Below are positions 1 through 8,912 of a stretch of DNA of 29,606 nucleotides, piece by piece. The notes under the pieces were generated by a model. It was given only the letters and a program-made list of their open reading frames with translations, had not been told where the DNA came from and did no database searches. This DNA comes from a virus (lineage: Duplodnaviria > Caudoviricetes). The stretch lies in the IMG/VR virus record IMGVR_UViG_3300042323_000063, positions 1-29,606 of that record; one strand, written 5' to 3'. How positions within the stretch are numbered: position 1 is the first letter of the stretch; every line of letters starts with the position of its first letter. The position numbers were made by a program, and so were the translations under genes.

Positions 1-434
1 GAACCATTCAAATCATAACCATACAAAGTGCGAAAAGTTTTATTTTTGCTTGTGTTTGTGTAATCTAAAATATCAATAACAAATGTGCCAAACGCATTAG
101 CAGTTCCGCTTGCTGCTGGCGCTTCACCTAATTGCATAAGACTTTGAGTTGATGAACCTGAAGCAGAAGCAGTTGAACCATTACCTTGTAAATTGTGATA
201 AGCATAAATGCTTGAACCACTACCATTAGGTTGAACAAAAATTGGCCAAGTGGTAGCACCAAAAGTGCTTCGCGTCATAATACGAACTTGTAAATGCGTA
301 TAGGTTTGAGGAATGCTGCTAAAAATAGCAGACGAAGCACCGCCAGAGCCAGCAGTAATTGTTGCAATAGATTCATAAGAAGCAGCATAAAGATTGCCGG
401 ATTTGGCTGAGTCAATAACTCCGAGAATAGGCAT
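1..434 (-). CDS. Tail-associated beta-rich protein, 3' end truncated by the window edge (not in ORF track)
   Basis: ATG at 434 overlaps the upstream stop (TAATG). Manual translation MPILGVIDSAKSGNLYAASYESIATITAGSGGASSAIFSSIPQTYTHLQVRIM...FVIDILDYTNTSKNKTFRTLYGYDLNGS stays open to the edge and resembles a family I recall from aquatic phage tail regions. Confidence 0.8.
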   Translation of the reverse strand, partial: MPILGVIDSAKSGNLYAASYESIATITAGSGGASSAIFSSIPQTYTHLQVRIMTRSTFGATTWPIFVQPNGSGSSIYAYHNLQGNGSTASASGSSTQSLMQLGEAPAASGTANAFGTFVIDILDYTNTSKNKTFRTLYGYDLNG

Positions 435-1066
435 TATTGAATATCTCCAAACACATACCACAAATCAGTTCCTGCTTTAAGGCAAGTAGCCGCGCTGTAA
501 CGCACACGAAGTTTTGGTGCGGCGGCAGTTGCGCCAGTTGATTGAATAGTTGTAGTGCCGCTTGTTACTGCATTTATTGTTGTCTGTCCTGCTCCAATTG
601 AAAGCACATTTATTTGTGTCCCGATTGGAAAAGCGACAGAGGCATTTGTAGGAATTCTAAATGTATTGCCTGAACCATTATCCATTGTTACAACTTTGCC
701 GTTATCGGTTAAAACTGCCGTGTAACTTGAACCGCTATCTGCATTAAAAGCAAGATTTATTTTAGGGTCTGTAAGAGTTTTATTTGTTAGTGTTTGTGTG
801 CCTGTTAGCGTAGCGACAGTAGAATCAATAGCAATAGTTCCGCTTGAAGTAATAGTGCCGCCTGTTAATCCAGTTCCGGCAGTAATTGAGGTGACTGACC
901 CAGCGCCTTGATACGCCAAAGATGTCCAAGCCGTAGAGCCATTTCCAATTTTAGTTTTAAGCGTGTCTGTTTCAAGACCCCACTCGCCCGAAGCAAGTGT
1001 TGGGTTTGCAGAAGTCCATTCTGATGCGGTTCCTCGGCGGACTTGAATTTGCGTTACGACTGCCAT
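434..1066 (-). CDS. Tail fibre protein with Mtd_N/hyaluronidase-like N-terminal domain
   Basis: N-terminal QIQVRRGTASEWTSANPTLASGEWGLETDTLKTKIGNG...W..L.Y motif; TQTLTNKTLT fibre motif; C-terminal domain ending WYVFGDIQ. Confidence 0.75.
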   Translation of the reverse strand: MAVVTQIQVRRGTASEWTSANPTLASGEWGLETDTLKTKIGNGSTAWTSLAYQGAGSVTSITAGTGLTGGTITSSGTIAIDSTVATLTGTQTLTNKTLTDPKINLAFNADSGSSYTAVLTDNGKVVTMDNGSGNTFRIPTNASVAFPIGTQINVLSIGAGQTTINAVTSGTTTIQSTGATAAAPKLRVRYSAATCLKAGTDLWYVFGDIQ

Positions 1067-1320
1067 TATGGAGTACCCCCGTTAAAAGTCTGTGTTGCAG
1101 TATCAGCAGGAAACCCGCCTTGATATGGAGCAATACTATCAAACACGCCGCCATCTAACTCGGTAACGCTACCTGTTCCTACTGCAATCCAAGCCGTGCC
1201 TGAATACGCCATCAAACCAGTCGTAGTATTGTAATAAAGGTCGCCCGCTCTAAGGGTAGGCGTACTAATGTTTGTTGCCGAAGCAGGTACATTTGTAGGA
1301 GTTAAGGCTAAACGACTCAT
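1066..1320 (-). CDS. Small tail fibre-associated protein
   Basis: 84 aa with a GDLYYNTTTG..AYSGTAW fibre-type motif and DGG/NGG motifs; overlaps both neighbours. Confidence 0.65.
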   Translation of the reverse strand: MSRLALTPTNVPASATNISTPTLRAGDLYYNTTTGLMAYSGTAWIAVGTGSVTELDGGVFDSIAPYQGGFPADTATQTFNGGTP

Positions 1321-2285
1321 GCAATATCACCTGCAACTAGCCAAGTATCAGTTACTGTTTGTATAGCAGTTAATGTTGAGTATTGCGCTCTTGTTTTAGG
1401 TGTTGTCGCTGTTGCTCCAGTAGAAAGAATAGTCACACCACCTGCTCCTGAGACAGTAACTTGCCCTGACCCTAATTGACAAATGTTAATTTGTGCGCCA
1501 ACTGGATAAGCCACGCTTGAATTAAGCGGGATTGTAGTAGCAATTGCAGATGCGTTAGATTGCGTAACGAGTTTGCCGTTATCTGCTAAAACTGTTGTAT
1601 AAGTAGTGCCTGTTTGAGCGTTTATACCTAAGTTAATAAGCGGAGAGGTGAGCGTTTTATTTGTGAGCGTTTGAGCAGTAGTTAAATCTGCCGTGACCGC
1701 TGTGTCAATAGCAACGGAAGGGATTGGTCCAGTTCCGCTTGAAACGGTAATGCCTGTTCCTGATGCAACTTCTGTTATGTCGCCAACAGGTAAATTAGTT
1801 GTAACACTTACGCGAGTATCTGTAATGTTACCTGTGTTAATCTGCGTAACTGCCGCGCCTACTGCAATAGTTGCTAAAGAAATTGAATTAGCAGGAACAG
1901 CAGGTGCAGTTGGAGAACCAGCAGGTGTTCCCGCAAGCACCTGAAAGATTACATCGTTAAACGCGCCTGTGTAATAAGCGTCACGAACAGTCACAACCAC
2001 TCGGTCAATGCGAGGATTTGTAGGGTCGGCTGTCGTAACGGTAAGAGTGGTTAGTGCATCATTATAAAATGTATAAACGCCCATGTTGGCTTGGGTTGTT
2101 CCGACAATTGCGCCCCAACCAGCAGCAACGCGTACAGACATACCAGCAGGTGAGTTAGCACTTACGGCTAATGAAGATGCGCTAATAATTCCTGTGGTTG
2201 CATAAAGTGCTTGCTGAACCTGTCGGTCACTTTCAGCGGGATAACTACCAGCCTGTAACCACGATGGGGGCGATACGAGTGCCAT
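1317..2285 (-). CDS. Minor tail/baseplate protein with C-terminal fibre module
   Basis: ADPTNPRIDRVVVTVRD...G.P...P.AP.VP motif typical of actinophage minor tail proteins; C-terminal ~135 aa paralogous to 434..1066. Confidence 0.75.
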   Translation of the reverse strand: MALVSPPSWLQAGSYPAESDRQVQQALYATTGIISASSLAVSANSPAGMSVRVAAGWGAIVGTTQANMGVYTFYNDALTTLTVTTADPTNPRIDRVVVTVRDAYYTGAFNDVIFQVLAGTPAGSPTAPAVPANSISLATIAVGAAVTQINTGNITDTRVSVTTNLPVGDITEVASGTGITVSSGTGPIPSVAIDTAVTADLTTAQTLTNKTLTSPLINLGINAQTGTTYTTVLADNGKLVTQSNASAIATTIPLNSSVAYPVGAQINICQLGSGQVTVSGAGGVTILSTGATATTPKTRAQYSTLTAIQTVTDTWLVAGDIA

Positions 2286-2293
2286 TTATTCTC

Positions 2294-3151
2294 CTATACA
2301 TAAGCGGATTGCCATGTGACAACCGCTTGGGTAGTTCCTGCAAGTGTTCCCGTACCTGTTAGATAATACTGATTATTACCCGGAGATGCTGAGAACCATG
2401 TTCCTGAGAGTAGTGTATTACGCGCAGGAGTTCCATTAAGCGTAATCAGTTTGTTGTATAAGTCTACATTTAAGACATCTGCGCTACTGAGGGTACAGAC
2501 AAAATTAAGCGCGGCATTTTGAGTTGTATTACCAATAGTCGGGTTAGTTATTGGACCGCTAATAGCAATGTTTGGATAGGTATTTGTCCATCCTGCGTTG
2601 TTAATCGTGGTTGTAATTGTTGCTGAGCCGCCACCGTAATTTACATTATAGGTGCGGTTATAGATACGACCTGTTGGCGGGCTATAAAGAAGGGTTGCTG
2701 TCTGAGTATTACTTGCAAAATACAGCGGGTTAGGGCAGAAGAAATCTACCTGAGAGGTAATGTAGCCGTAAGTATAGTTAGGGTCTACGCTAGTCCGTAA
2801 GGCTCGCACACGGGCGTAAATGACCTGTTCTACAAGGATGTTAGATAGTGAGAAATACAAGGGCGTTGTGCCGCTAGTTTGAGGTAAAAGAGTCTGTTGG
2901 ATAGTATTGTAATTATCCTGCGCGCTTGCTCCTGCGCTTGCAAAAGTATTAAAGATAATTGAGATGGTTCTGCCCGCAAGGAAATCGCGTCCTGAAAACA
3001 TGCCATCGTTATAGCCTCGGTTGTCATCTTGATTACGAATTCCCGGAAGGCTTTCAAGTCCGTCTACGCTTAGAATTTGATAAGGCGAACCTGCGCCACC
3101 GAAGACTTGGTTATTAAACGAGAACGAATAATTAGCAATTACGGCTGGCAT
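2294..3151 (-). CDS. Distal tail protein (Dit-like siphovirus tail component)
   Basis: Directly follows the tape measure gene; GLESLPGIR..D..R...DG...GRDF..GRTI, F.CPNP and N.G...TYP.I.I.GP motifs. Confidence 0.8.
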   Translation of the reverse strand: MPAVIANYSFSFNNQVFGGAGSPYQILSVDGLESLPGIRNQDDNRGYNDGMFSGRDFLAGRTISIIFNTFASAGASAQDNYNTIQQTLLPQTSGTTPLYFSLSNILVEQVIYARVRALRTSVDPNYTYGYITSQVDFFCPNPLYFASNTQTATLLYSPPTGRIYNRTYNVNYGGGSATITTTINNAGWTNTYPNIAISGPITNPTIGNTTQNAALNFVCTLSSADVLNVDLYNKLITLNGTPARNTLLSGTWFSASPGNNQYYLTGTGTLAGTTQAVVTWQSAYV

Positions 3152-6150
3152 TAAATCTCTCCAAATGCTTGACGGCGACTAGCAATTATCTGCGCTCCAG
3201 TAGGCTTATTTACGCTAGCAGCCATAATACCTGCAAGGGTAGTTGTATTTACTGATTTAGGAGTTACAGCCGCACCGTATTTAATTGCGCTTAGGGTCTG
3301 CATGTGAACATCGTATGGGTCTACCTTTGTAGCAACAATGTTGTTATTTACGGTTAGTGTAGATGTAGGGCTAGTAGTTGTAGGGCTTGTGACAGGAGCA
3401 ACGGCAGGAATAATTGGTGTGTATGTAGGAGCATTTGCAACAGCCGCCGCCGCTTGTGCCTTGCTTAATGCCGCCATAAGTGCAGCAACCTCAGCCAATT
3501 TAGCCTTAAGGTCTGCTAATTTTTTCATTGTAGACTTGTTAATCTCGTCAATAGCCTTTTCGTAATCTTTTTGAGCATCTAACAAAGCCTTTTGCAAGGT
3601 CTTTTGAATGTCAGCAAGTCCTTCAGAAAGGTTTTTTTGTGCATCTGCTTGGGCTTCCGCAAGTGCTTTTGCCGCTTCTGCAATAGATTCATCAAGGTTT
3701 TTCTTGGCTTGTGCAAGGGCTTCTGATAGTTGTACCGCGGCTTCTGCAATCTTTTCATCGCGAGCGGCTTTGGCTTGCACCATAGATTTTGCGTATTCTG
3801 CATTAGCATCAGCAAGACTCTTTTGTAGTTCGCTGTCTACTGTTGCAAGAGATTGTTTAAGGTCAATAGCAACCTGTGAGTATGCGTCCTTTAATTCTTG
3901 AGTTGCAAGGTTTGCCCCTGCGTTCATGCTCTTAGCCAACTCATCTAAGCCATGGTCAGAGATATTATCTACTTGTCTGTAAAGGCTTTGTAATTCTTTT
4001 GTTGCTTCAGGAGATGCCGCTTTAAGAGCCTCAGCAATCTTGTTGCCAGCCTCAGGACCATTTTTAACTACTTCCTCAATAAATACCTGTGAGTAACCCA
4101 TACCCGCAAGTGCCGCGGCATTGGCTTGTAAGTCTTTTGCGGCTTGTAATTTATTCTTAAGGTCTTTAAGTAGGCTATCAGCAGAACCGCCGTCCTTAAA
4201 TGACTCAGAAAGGCTAAAACCTGTCTTAGATGCAAATGCAGAACGCAATCTGTCCATTGATTGCTTAAGAATACCCTCTTGTTTTTCATTAGCAGATTTT
4301 GTAAGGTCAAGCGATTTCTTTGCAGCCGCTTCGTTCAAATCCGCAATTCTGTCGTTTTTCTTTTCTAATAATTCAATTGTCTTTTTTACATAATCTTTGT
4401 CAGCGTCAATTTCTGTATCGCGGAAACGCTTATTAGCATCAGCAACAGTTTCGTTATAACGCTTATTAGCCTCAGCAACGGCTTCGCCATGACGCTTGTC
4501 TGCCTGTGCCATGCTTTCATTAAAACGCTTACGCAAATCTGCTTCTTGTTCAGCGGCGCGCTCGCGAGCATCAGCAATTTTTTCATCACGGTCTGCTAAC
4601 GCTTCTGCCGCTTTTTCTTTAGCGTTCGCAATTGCTTCGTTCATGTCTTTGTAAATTGCTACAACATCTTTTTTGTATTCAAGAAGTTTCTTTTTATTTT
4701 CCGCGGCTTTAGAAGCAGTTGTAGTGCCGCCGCCTGTATCGCCGCCTGTAGTACCACCTGTTACGCCCGCGCTTCCTGCTGACATAGAAACATTGCCCAT
4801 ACCCTTAAAGCCTGATTTAAGGTCAGATAGATTTTTGCTTGCTGTTTTAATTTTGGTAGAAATGCCGTCAAGTCCTTCGCCGACTTTCTTTGCCCAACCC
4901 ATACCCGGAATCTTGCCAAGGGCTGAGAAAAACTTTCCCCACACCACAAGTAATAGTTCTACCCATTTTAAGATGCCTTGGACAACTTTAATTACAATGC
5001 CTCTAAATGTTTCACTCTTTTTCCATGCTGCAACAAACGCCGCGCCTACAAGAAGAAGCGCGGTAACAATTAAACCAATTGGATTAGCGCGCATAGCCGC
5101 ATTTAATACAAGTATAGAAGCGGCAAGACCGTTAGTAGATGCAATAGATGCAAGCGTTGCACCCTTCATAATGGTCTGCATAACCACAAATGCTTGCTGT
5201 GTAACCTTAGTAATTATTAGCGCGGCTCTGTATGTATAAAACGCGGCTACTAATGTGCCAACAATAATGGCGTACATCTTTATAGCGTCAGAGTTTTCCT
5301 TAAAATACTTACCGATTGCCGTCAGTATTGGAACAAGAAGATTTAATACACTTAATAAAGCCTTAAATGCGGGCATAAGCGCATCACCAAGAGCAACTTT
5401 AGCGTCCTGAAATCTTGCTTGTAAAGTCTTCATAGTGTTAGCCGCACCGTCCGCGGTACGCGCATAGTCACCTTGGGCTAAAGTTGTTTGTTCCATAACA
5501 AGCGCATAAGTTACTTGGGCTTTAATAGCAGGGTCCATAACACCCTTAATTTCGCCAAAGCCCATAGCCATCGCTTTATTCTTAAGCGTTACTTCATTTA
5601 GAGCAATACCAAAACGCTTAAGTGGTTCTGTTTCGCCTGACAAACCTGAACGCAAAGCATTAAGCGAGTCAGTAACCGACATGTTGTTAAATGATGCAAG
5701 GTCTGATGCTAACTGCACCATGCTTACAGACATCTCTTGTGATTTTTCTTTACCAACACCTAAGGCTTGGAATAAGTTTCCGTATGTACCAGCGGCTTCT
5801 AATGCTTGTTGGCTAGAAATACCTAATGCAGTTGCGGCAGTATCGCCAAATGCAAGAACAGCATCAGCGGTACTACCAAAAACTACATTTATTTTAGACA
5901 CGGATTCTGCCATGTTAGAAGAAGCCATGATTACATCTTTACCAAATTGTGCTAATTGTGCGCCCGCAAAAGCAAGACCCATAGCCGCGCCAACCTTTTT
6001 AAGGTTAGCCGTAAAATTTTGCATTCCCGTACTAGCGGTTTTAACGCTTTCATTAACATTTTTAATGCCTTGTTCGGCTTGCGTTAAGCCCTGTTTTAAG
6101 CCTGTTGTATCAGCGGTTATCTGAACTTGAATTGGTGGAATCGTACTCAT
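3151..6150 (-). CDS. Tape measure protein
   Basis: 999 aa, Ala/Lys-rich and helical; LASDLASFNN...SGLSGETEPLKRFGI motif; hydrophobic central segment with ANPIGLIV; coiled-coil C-terminal half; lies between chaperones and Dit. Confidence 0.92.
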   Translation of the reverse strand: MSTIPPIQVQITADTTGLKQGLTQAEQGIKNVNESVKTASTGMQNFTANLKKVGAAMGLAFAGAQLAQFGKDVIMASSNMAESVSKINVVFGSTADAVLAFGDTAATALGISSQQALEAAGTYGNLFQALGVGKEKSQEMSVSMVQLASDLASFNNMSVTDSLNALRSGLSGETEPLKRFGIALNEVTLKNKAMAMGFGEIKGVMDPAIKAQVTYALVMEQTTLAQGDYARTADGAANTMKTLQARFQDAKVALGDALMPAFKALLSVLNLLVPILTAIGKYFKENSDAIKMYAIIVGTLVAAFYTYRAALIITKVTQQAFVVMQTIMKGATLASIASTNGLAASILVLNAAMRANPIGLIVTALLLVGAAFVAAWKKSETFRGIVIKVVQGILKWVELLLVVWGKFFSALGKIPGMGWAKKVGEGLDGISTKIKTASKNLSDLKSGFKGMGNVSMSAGSAGVTGGTTGGDTGGGTTTASKAAENKKKLLEYKKDVVAIYKDMNEAIANAKEKAAEALADRDEKIADARERAAEQEADLRKRFNESMAQADKRHGEAVAEANKRYNETVADANKRFRDTEIDADKDYVKKTIELLEKKNDRIADLNEAAAKKSLDLTKSANEKQEGILKQSMDRLRSAFASKTGFSLSESFKDGGSADSLLKDLKNKLQAAKDLQANAAALAGMGYSQVFIEEVVKNGPEAGNKIAEALKAASPEATKELQSLYRQVDNISDHGLDELAKSMNAGANLATQELKDAYSQVAIDLKQSLATVDSELQKSLADANAEYAKSMVQAKAARDEKIAEAAVQLSEALAQAKKNLDESIAEAAKALAEAQADAQKNLSEGLADIQKTLQKALLDAQKDYEKAIDEINKSTMKKLADLKAKLAEVAALMAALSKAQAAAAVANAPTYTPIIPAVAPVTSPTTTSPTSTLTVNNNIVATKVDPYDVHMQTLSAIKYGAAVTPKSVNTTTLAGIMAASVNKPTGAQIIASRRQAFGEI

Positions 6151-6590
6151 TACGACCCCCTAATTGCGGTTATAAATGCGCCAGTAAAAATCCTATTCAG
6201 CGTTCCGTTATTTATTAACTGATTAGCCGTAGGTTCCATGTACGGGTATTTTACCCCTGATTTCCAACGCGGGGAGCCTTGTTCAACCGCTCTTGCGTAT
6301 TCGGCAGATGAGTCTACGGTTGCTGAATAACCACGAAACCCTTTAACGGGGCGTTGTCCAACAATCTTGCTAACAAGGTTACCCGTCACAACATTTGGTC
6401 CGGGACCCGTTCCGGGAATGTGACCTTCGCCGGGTCCATGCGCACCTGTATTTGCATTTTGTTTAGCAACATCTTCTATTTTTAGGGCGCATTGGTACAC
6501 AGCCTTAAATGCCGCATCGTCAATTTTTTTTTCGGTCAAGTCAAAGCCCGCAAGGACTTGGGCTAGGTTAGTAATGCGTACAACGCCCAT
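6150..6590 (-). CDS. HK97 gp10-like neck/tail-completion protein
   Basis: P.VVTGNL..KI, AEYARAVEQG and YPYMEP motifs characteristic of the HK97 gp10 family. Confidence 0.7.
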   Translation of the reverse strand: MGVVRITNLAQVLAGFDLTEKKIDDAAFKAVYQCALKIEDVAKQNANTGAHGPGEGHIPGTGPGPNVVTGNLVSKIVGQRPVKGFRGYSATVDSSAEYARAVEQGSPRWKSGVKYPYMEPTANQLINNGTLNRIFTGAFITAIRGS

Positions 6591-6811
6591 TAACTATCTC
6601 CTGCCTTAATTTTCTCAATTGTACCTGCAATAGCAAGTAACCAATCCGCGGTCTGCGTAGGCAGATTATCTACTTGGTCAGGTGTCCAACCAAATCTATC
6701 CGCCATCTGAAAATAGAACCAATGCTCATCAGGATAGTCAAAGGCTTCGTGTCGCTCGCCGCCTTCAAGCAACCATTTTAACCTTTGGAGTCGGCGGTAA
6801 TCGCTTTTGGG
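6590..6811 (-). CDS. Tail assembly chaperone, -1 frameshift extension (gpGT-like)
   Basis: The -1 frame from the slippery site reads PKSDYRRLQRLKWLLEGGERHEAFDYP...FGWTPDQVDNLP and is in frame with track ORF 6590..6772. Confidence 0.8.
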   Translation of the reverse strand, partial: PKSDYRRLQRLKWLLEGGERHEAFDYPDEHWFYFQMADRFGWTPDQVDNLPTQTADWLLAIAGTIEKIKAGDS

Positions 6812-7131
6812 TTTGCGTCATTCTCAGGAGTATCAGCAATTGTTGGGAACAAATACTTTTGAGCCTCTGAGGTTTCTTCAATCAAAGCGTCATAGTCGCG
6901 CATCTCTAATTCATCAAGAGAATCTAGGTTAATGTTTGGAATAACAAACTCAAATGACCAATCCTCAATAAGCATGGCAATTAAAGCCGCTTGTAATGCG
7001 AGTGCTTTGGTTAGTTCGCCACCCTCAACATCGGTACTCTTTAAGACTTTCTTGCGGTCTTTTACACGAAGGAGTGATGGGTCTTTTAGTGTTGCTGTTG
7101 CGCCTGACGGCAAAGTAATTTTTTTTGACAT
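6778..7131 (-). CDS. Tail assembly chaperone (gpG-like)
   Basis: Acidic protein after the tail tube gene with an IEDWSF motif. Likely start MSKKITLPSG at 7131 (GGAAAGG RBS); alternative start at 7146. Confidence 0.8.
   Translation of the reverse strand: MSKKITLPSGATATLKDPSLLRVKDRKKVLKSTDVEGGELTKALALQAALIAMLIEDWSFEFVIPNINLDSLDELEMRDYDALIEETSEAQKYLFPTIADTPENDANPKAITADSKG
6805..6811 (-). other. Programmed -1 ribosomal frameshift heptamer C CCA AAA
   Basis: X XXY YYZ heptamer in the correct frame (codons AAC CCA AAA); a -1 shift joins the downstream ORF. Confidence 0.8.
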
Positions 7132-7164
7132 TGTGTGCCTTTCCATTGGTTGCCTTCCGTTATC

Positions 7165-7227
7165 TTAACAAACTAACACAAGTGGGGCGGGGTACGGGAA
7201 GGCGTTCGTACCCCTGACCCCCACTTG
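7165..7227 (-). terminator. Long GC-rich hairpin with U-rich tail after the tail tube gene
   Basis: Minus strand CAAGTGGGG..GGGGTACG-AACGCCTTCC-CGTACCCC.CCCCACTTG followed by TGTTAGTTTGTT. Confidence 0.7.
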
Positions 7228-7234
7228 CTTAAGT

Positions 7235-8221
7235 TTATGCGTAAGTGCCTGATGCCTTTGCGTTCTGAAGAACCCACTTAATAGGAGCGAATCCGCCTGA
7301 AGCACCGTCATCAGTAGTATTTGCCTGAGCATTTAGGTCTACTGTGACCTGTACAAAGTCCTGACCACGCTCAATTACTGCGGCTGTGTATGCACCCTTA
7401 GTAATAGTTGCCTGAATCTGAACCGCCGCCGCACCTGCGCCATAAGCCCAGTTAAGTACGATTGCAGGTTGTGAGTTGCTTAGGAAATTAGTAAGTTCTG
7501 CATCTGTTTCCATAATGAAGGTAATCTTGCCTGTAACCTCAAGTGGTCCAAGGAATACTTGGAATGGGTCTTGTGTGTTAGAGATACCGTAAATAGGTGT
7601 AACAGGACGCTTCATGTCAATGTTGCCATTCATAGCAGTAGAAACCGCTGAACCACCAATAGAGACTGTTCCACGCCATACAGGTGTTGGCAATACTGTT
7701 GAGAATGTAGGTGTTGGGTCAGAGACAGTGCTTGATGAGAAGCCCATTGTCTTTGTGTCGTATTCCAACATTCCGTCAGCATTAAACTTAAGCGAGAAGT
7801 CAGAGAACTGGCAACCCGGATAAGAACGAACATCTACTGCATAGAAATCAGTCAATGTGTATGAGATTGGCTGTGTATCTGTGCCTGATGTAAGGCTGTT
7901 AAGCAAAGAAATTGTGTGAGTAAATGGTGCAGATACGCCTGTTGTTGCGCATGCTCCCATAATTCCTGCAAGACCATAACCAACTGTGTCAGCGAATACT
8001 GCGCCGCCAAAGTCTACTGTTGAGTGCTTACGACCCGGAATGTAGTTGTAGTTAAGAACATTTGAGCCGCGTAGACCTTGGTCATAGAGAGCGTCAATCA
8101 TGTCTTGTGGCTTAAGATTGTCCTTAGCAACAGGGATAAAATCTGTTGGTGCGACTATTGTTCCTTTAGTTGCTTCTTTTGCGATACCTAAATAGGAACG
8201 AACCGATGCTTGTACGGTCAT
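7235..8221 (-). CDS. Major tail tube protein
   Basis: 328 aa; SYLGIAKEATKGT..APTDFIP N-terminus; HTISL, SYTLTD and R.YPGC motifs; precedes the chaperones. Confidence 0.85.
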   Translation of the reverse strand: MTVQASVRSYLGIAKEATKGTIVAPTDFIPVAKDNLKPQDMIDALYDQGLRGSNVLNYNYIPGRKHSTVDFGGAVFADTVGYGLAGIMGACATTGVSAPFTHTISLLNSLTSGTDTQPISYTLTDFYAVDVRSYPGCQFSDFSLKFNADGMLEYDTKTMGFSSSTVSDPTPTFSTVLPTPVWRGTVSIGGSAVSTAMNGNIDMKRPVTPIYGISNTQDPFQVFLGPLEVTGKITFIMETDAELTNFLSNSQPAIVLNWAYGAGAAAVQIQATITKGAYTAAVIERGQDFVQVTVDLNAQANTTDDGASGGFAPIKWVLQNAKASGTYA

Positions 8222-8418
8222 TATTCACTCTCCTTAATTAAGTCAGACGCATCTGACGGGGTTGGTGTTGCTATTTTGTTTATTGGTTTTGCCCCGCCTG
8301 TCGTGCAGTCAGGATGTGAAAATCCTTCGGGTGCGTCAAACTCGTCTCCGGGTTTAACTGTGATGCCAAGCGTAGGGAACACTCGCTCATCAGTTCCATT
8401 GTATGTTAGTTTCATCAT
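8221..8418 (-). CDS. Small virion-associated hypothetical protein
   Basis: 65 aa with Y.G..ERVFPTLG..VKPGDEFDAP; stop overlaps the tail tube start. Confidence 0.65.
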   Translation of the reverse strand: MMKLTYNGTDERVFPTLGITVKPGDEFDAPEGFSHPDCTTGGAKPINKIATPTPSDASDLIKESE

Positions 8419-8423
8419 GCTCC

Positions 8424-8912
8424 TTAGGCTTGAATCATCTCAGTTACCATGAATTCTAACTCAGCAAAGGTCTCTGTTGCGCCCTCTTTGGTTGTAGAGG
8501 GTTCGCCATACCGACCATTTATGATTGGTTCAGCACCTTGCCATACTAGATTTCCAGTTGTGTCACCGAAATTGTGGTCTGAGCGTAGACGCTCTTTGAG
8601 GTTATCTATGAGTGTGTCAAAGGCAATCATAGCGTCTTGTGAGTTGCGCTCTAATGAGTGTTGGTAAATCTGAATGATTACATTGTAATCTACGCGCTTC
8701 CAACCATTTGTTGCGCCGCCTATTGCTAAACGGTTTTCTGTTTCTGATGAAATAAAAATAATAACCTGCGCTCGCGATAACTGTCCCGGAAGGCTGTTTT
8801 CTTGGAACTGAATACGCTTTGGAAATGAAGTCCAAACCTTGTTGATAGTTGGGATAGGCGGATTTGAGATGAAGTTGTATAAAGTTTCTCGTACCCCTGT
8901 GCGCCCTGCCAT
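8424..8912 (-). CDS. Putative tail terminator / head-tail completion protein
   Basis: 162 aa between adaptor and tail tube genes; size and alternating beta/alpha pattern fit tail terminators. Confidence 0.6.
   Translation of the reverse strand: MAGRTGVRETLYNFISNPPIPTINKVWTSFPKRIQFQENSLPGQLSRAQVIIFISSETENRLAIGGATNGWKRVDYNVIIQIYQHSLERNSQDAMIAFDTLIDNLKERLRSDHNFGDTTGNLVWQGAEPIINGRYGEPSTTKEGATETFAELEFMVTEMIQA

Noticed and set aside
434-1760. Diversity-generating retroelement TR/VR pair, suggested by the Mtd_N-like domain and repeated tails
   Set aside because: The repeats are diverged at the protein level without adenine-specific differences, and no reverse transcriptase is present in the window.
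4715-4780. Gly/Thr low-complexity repeat in the tape measure gene
   Set aside because: An ordinary flexible linker (GGTTGGDTGGGTTT), not an independent repeat element.
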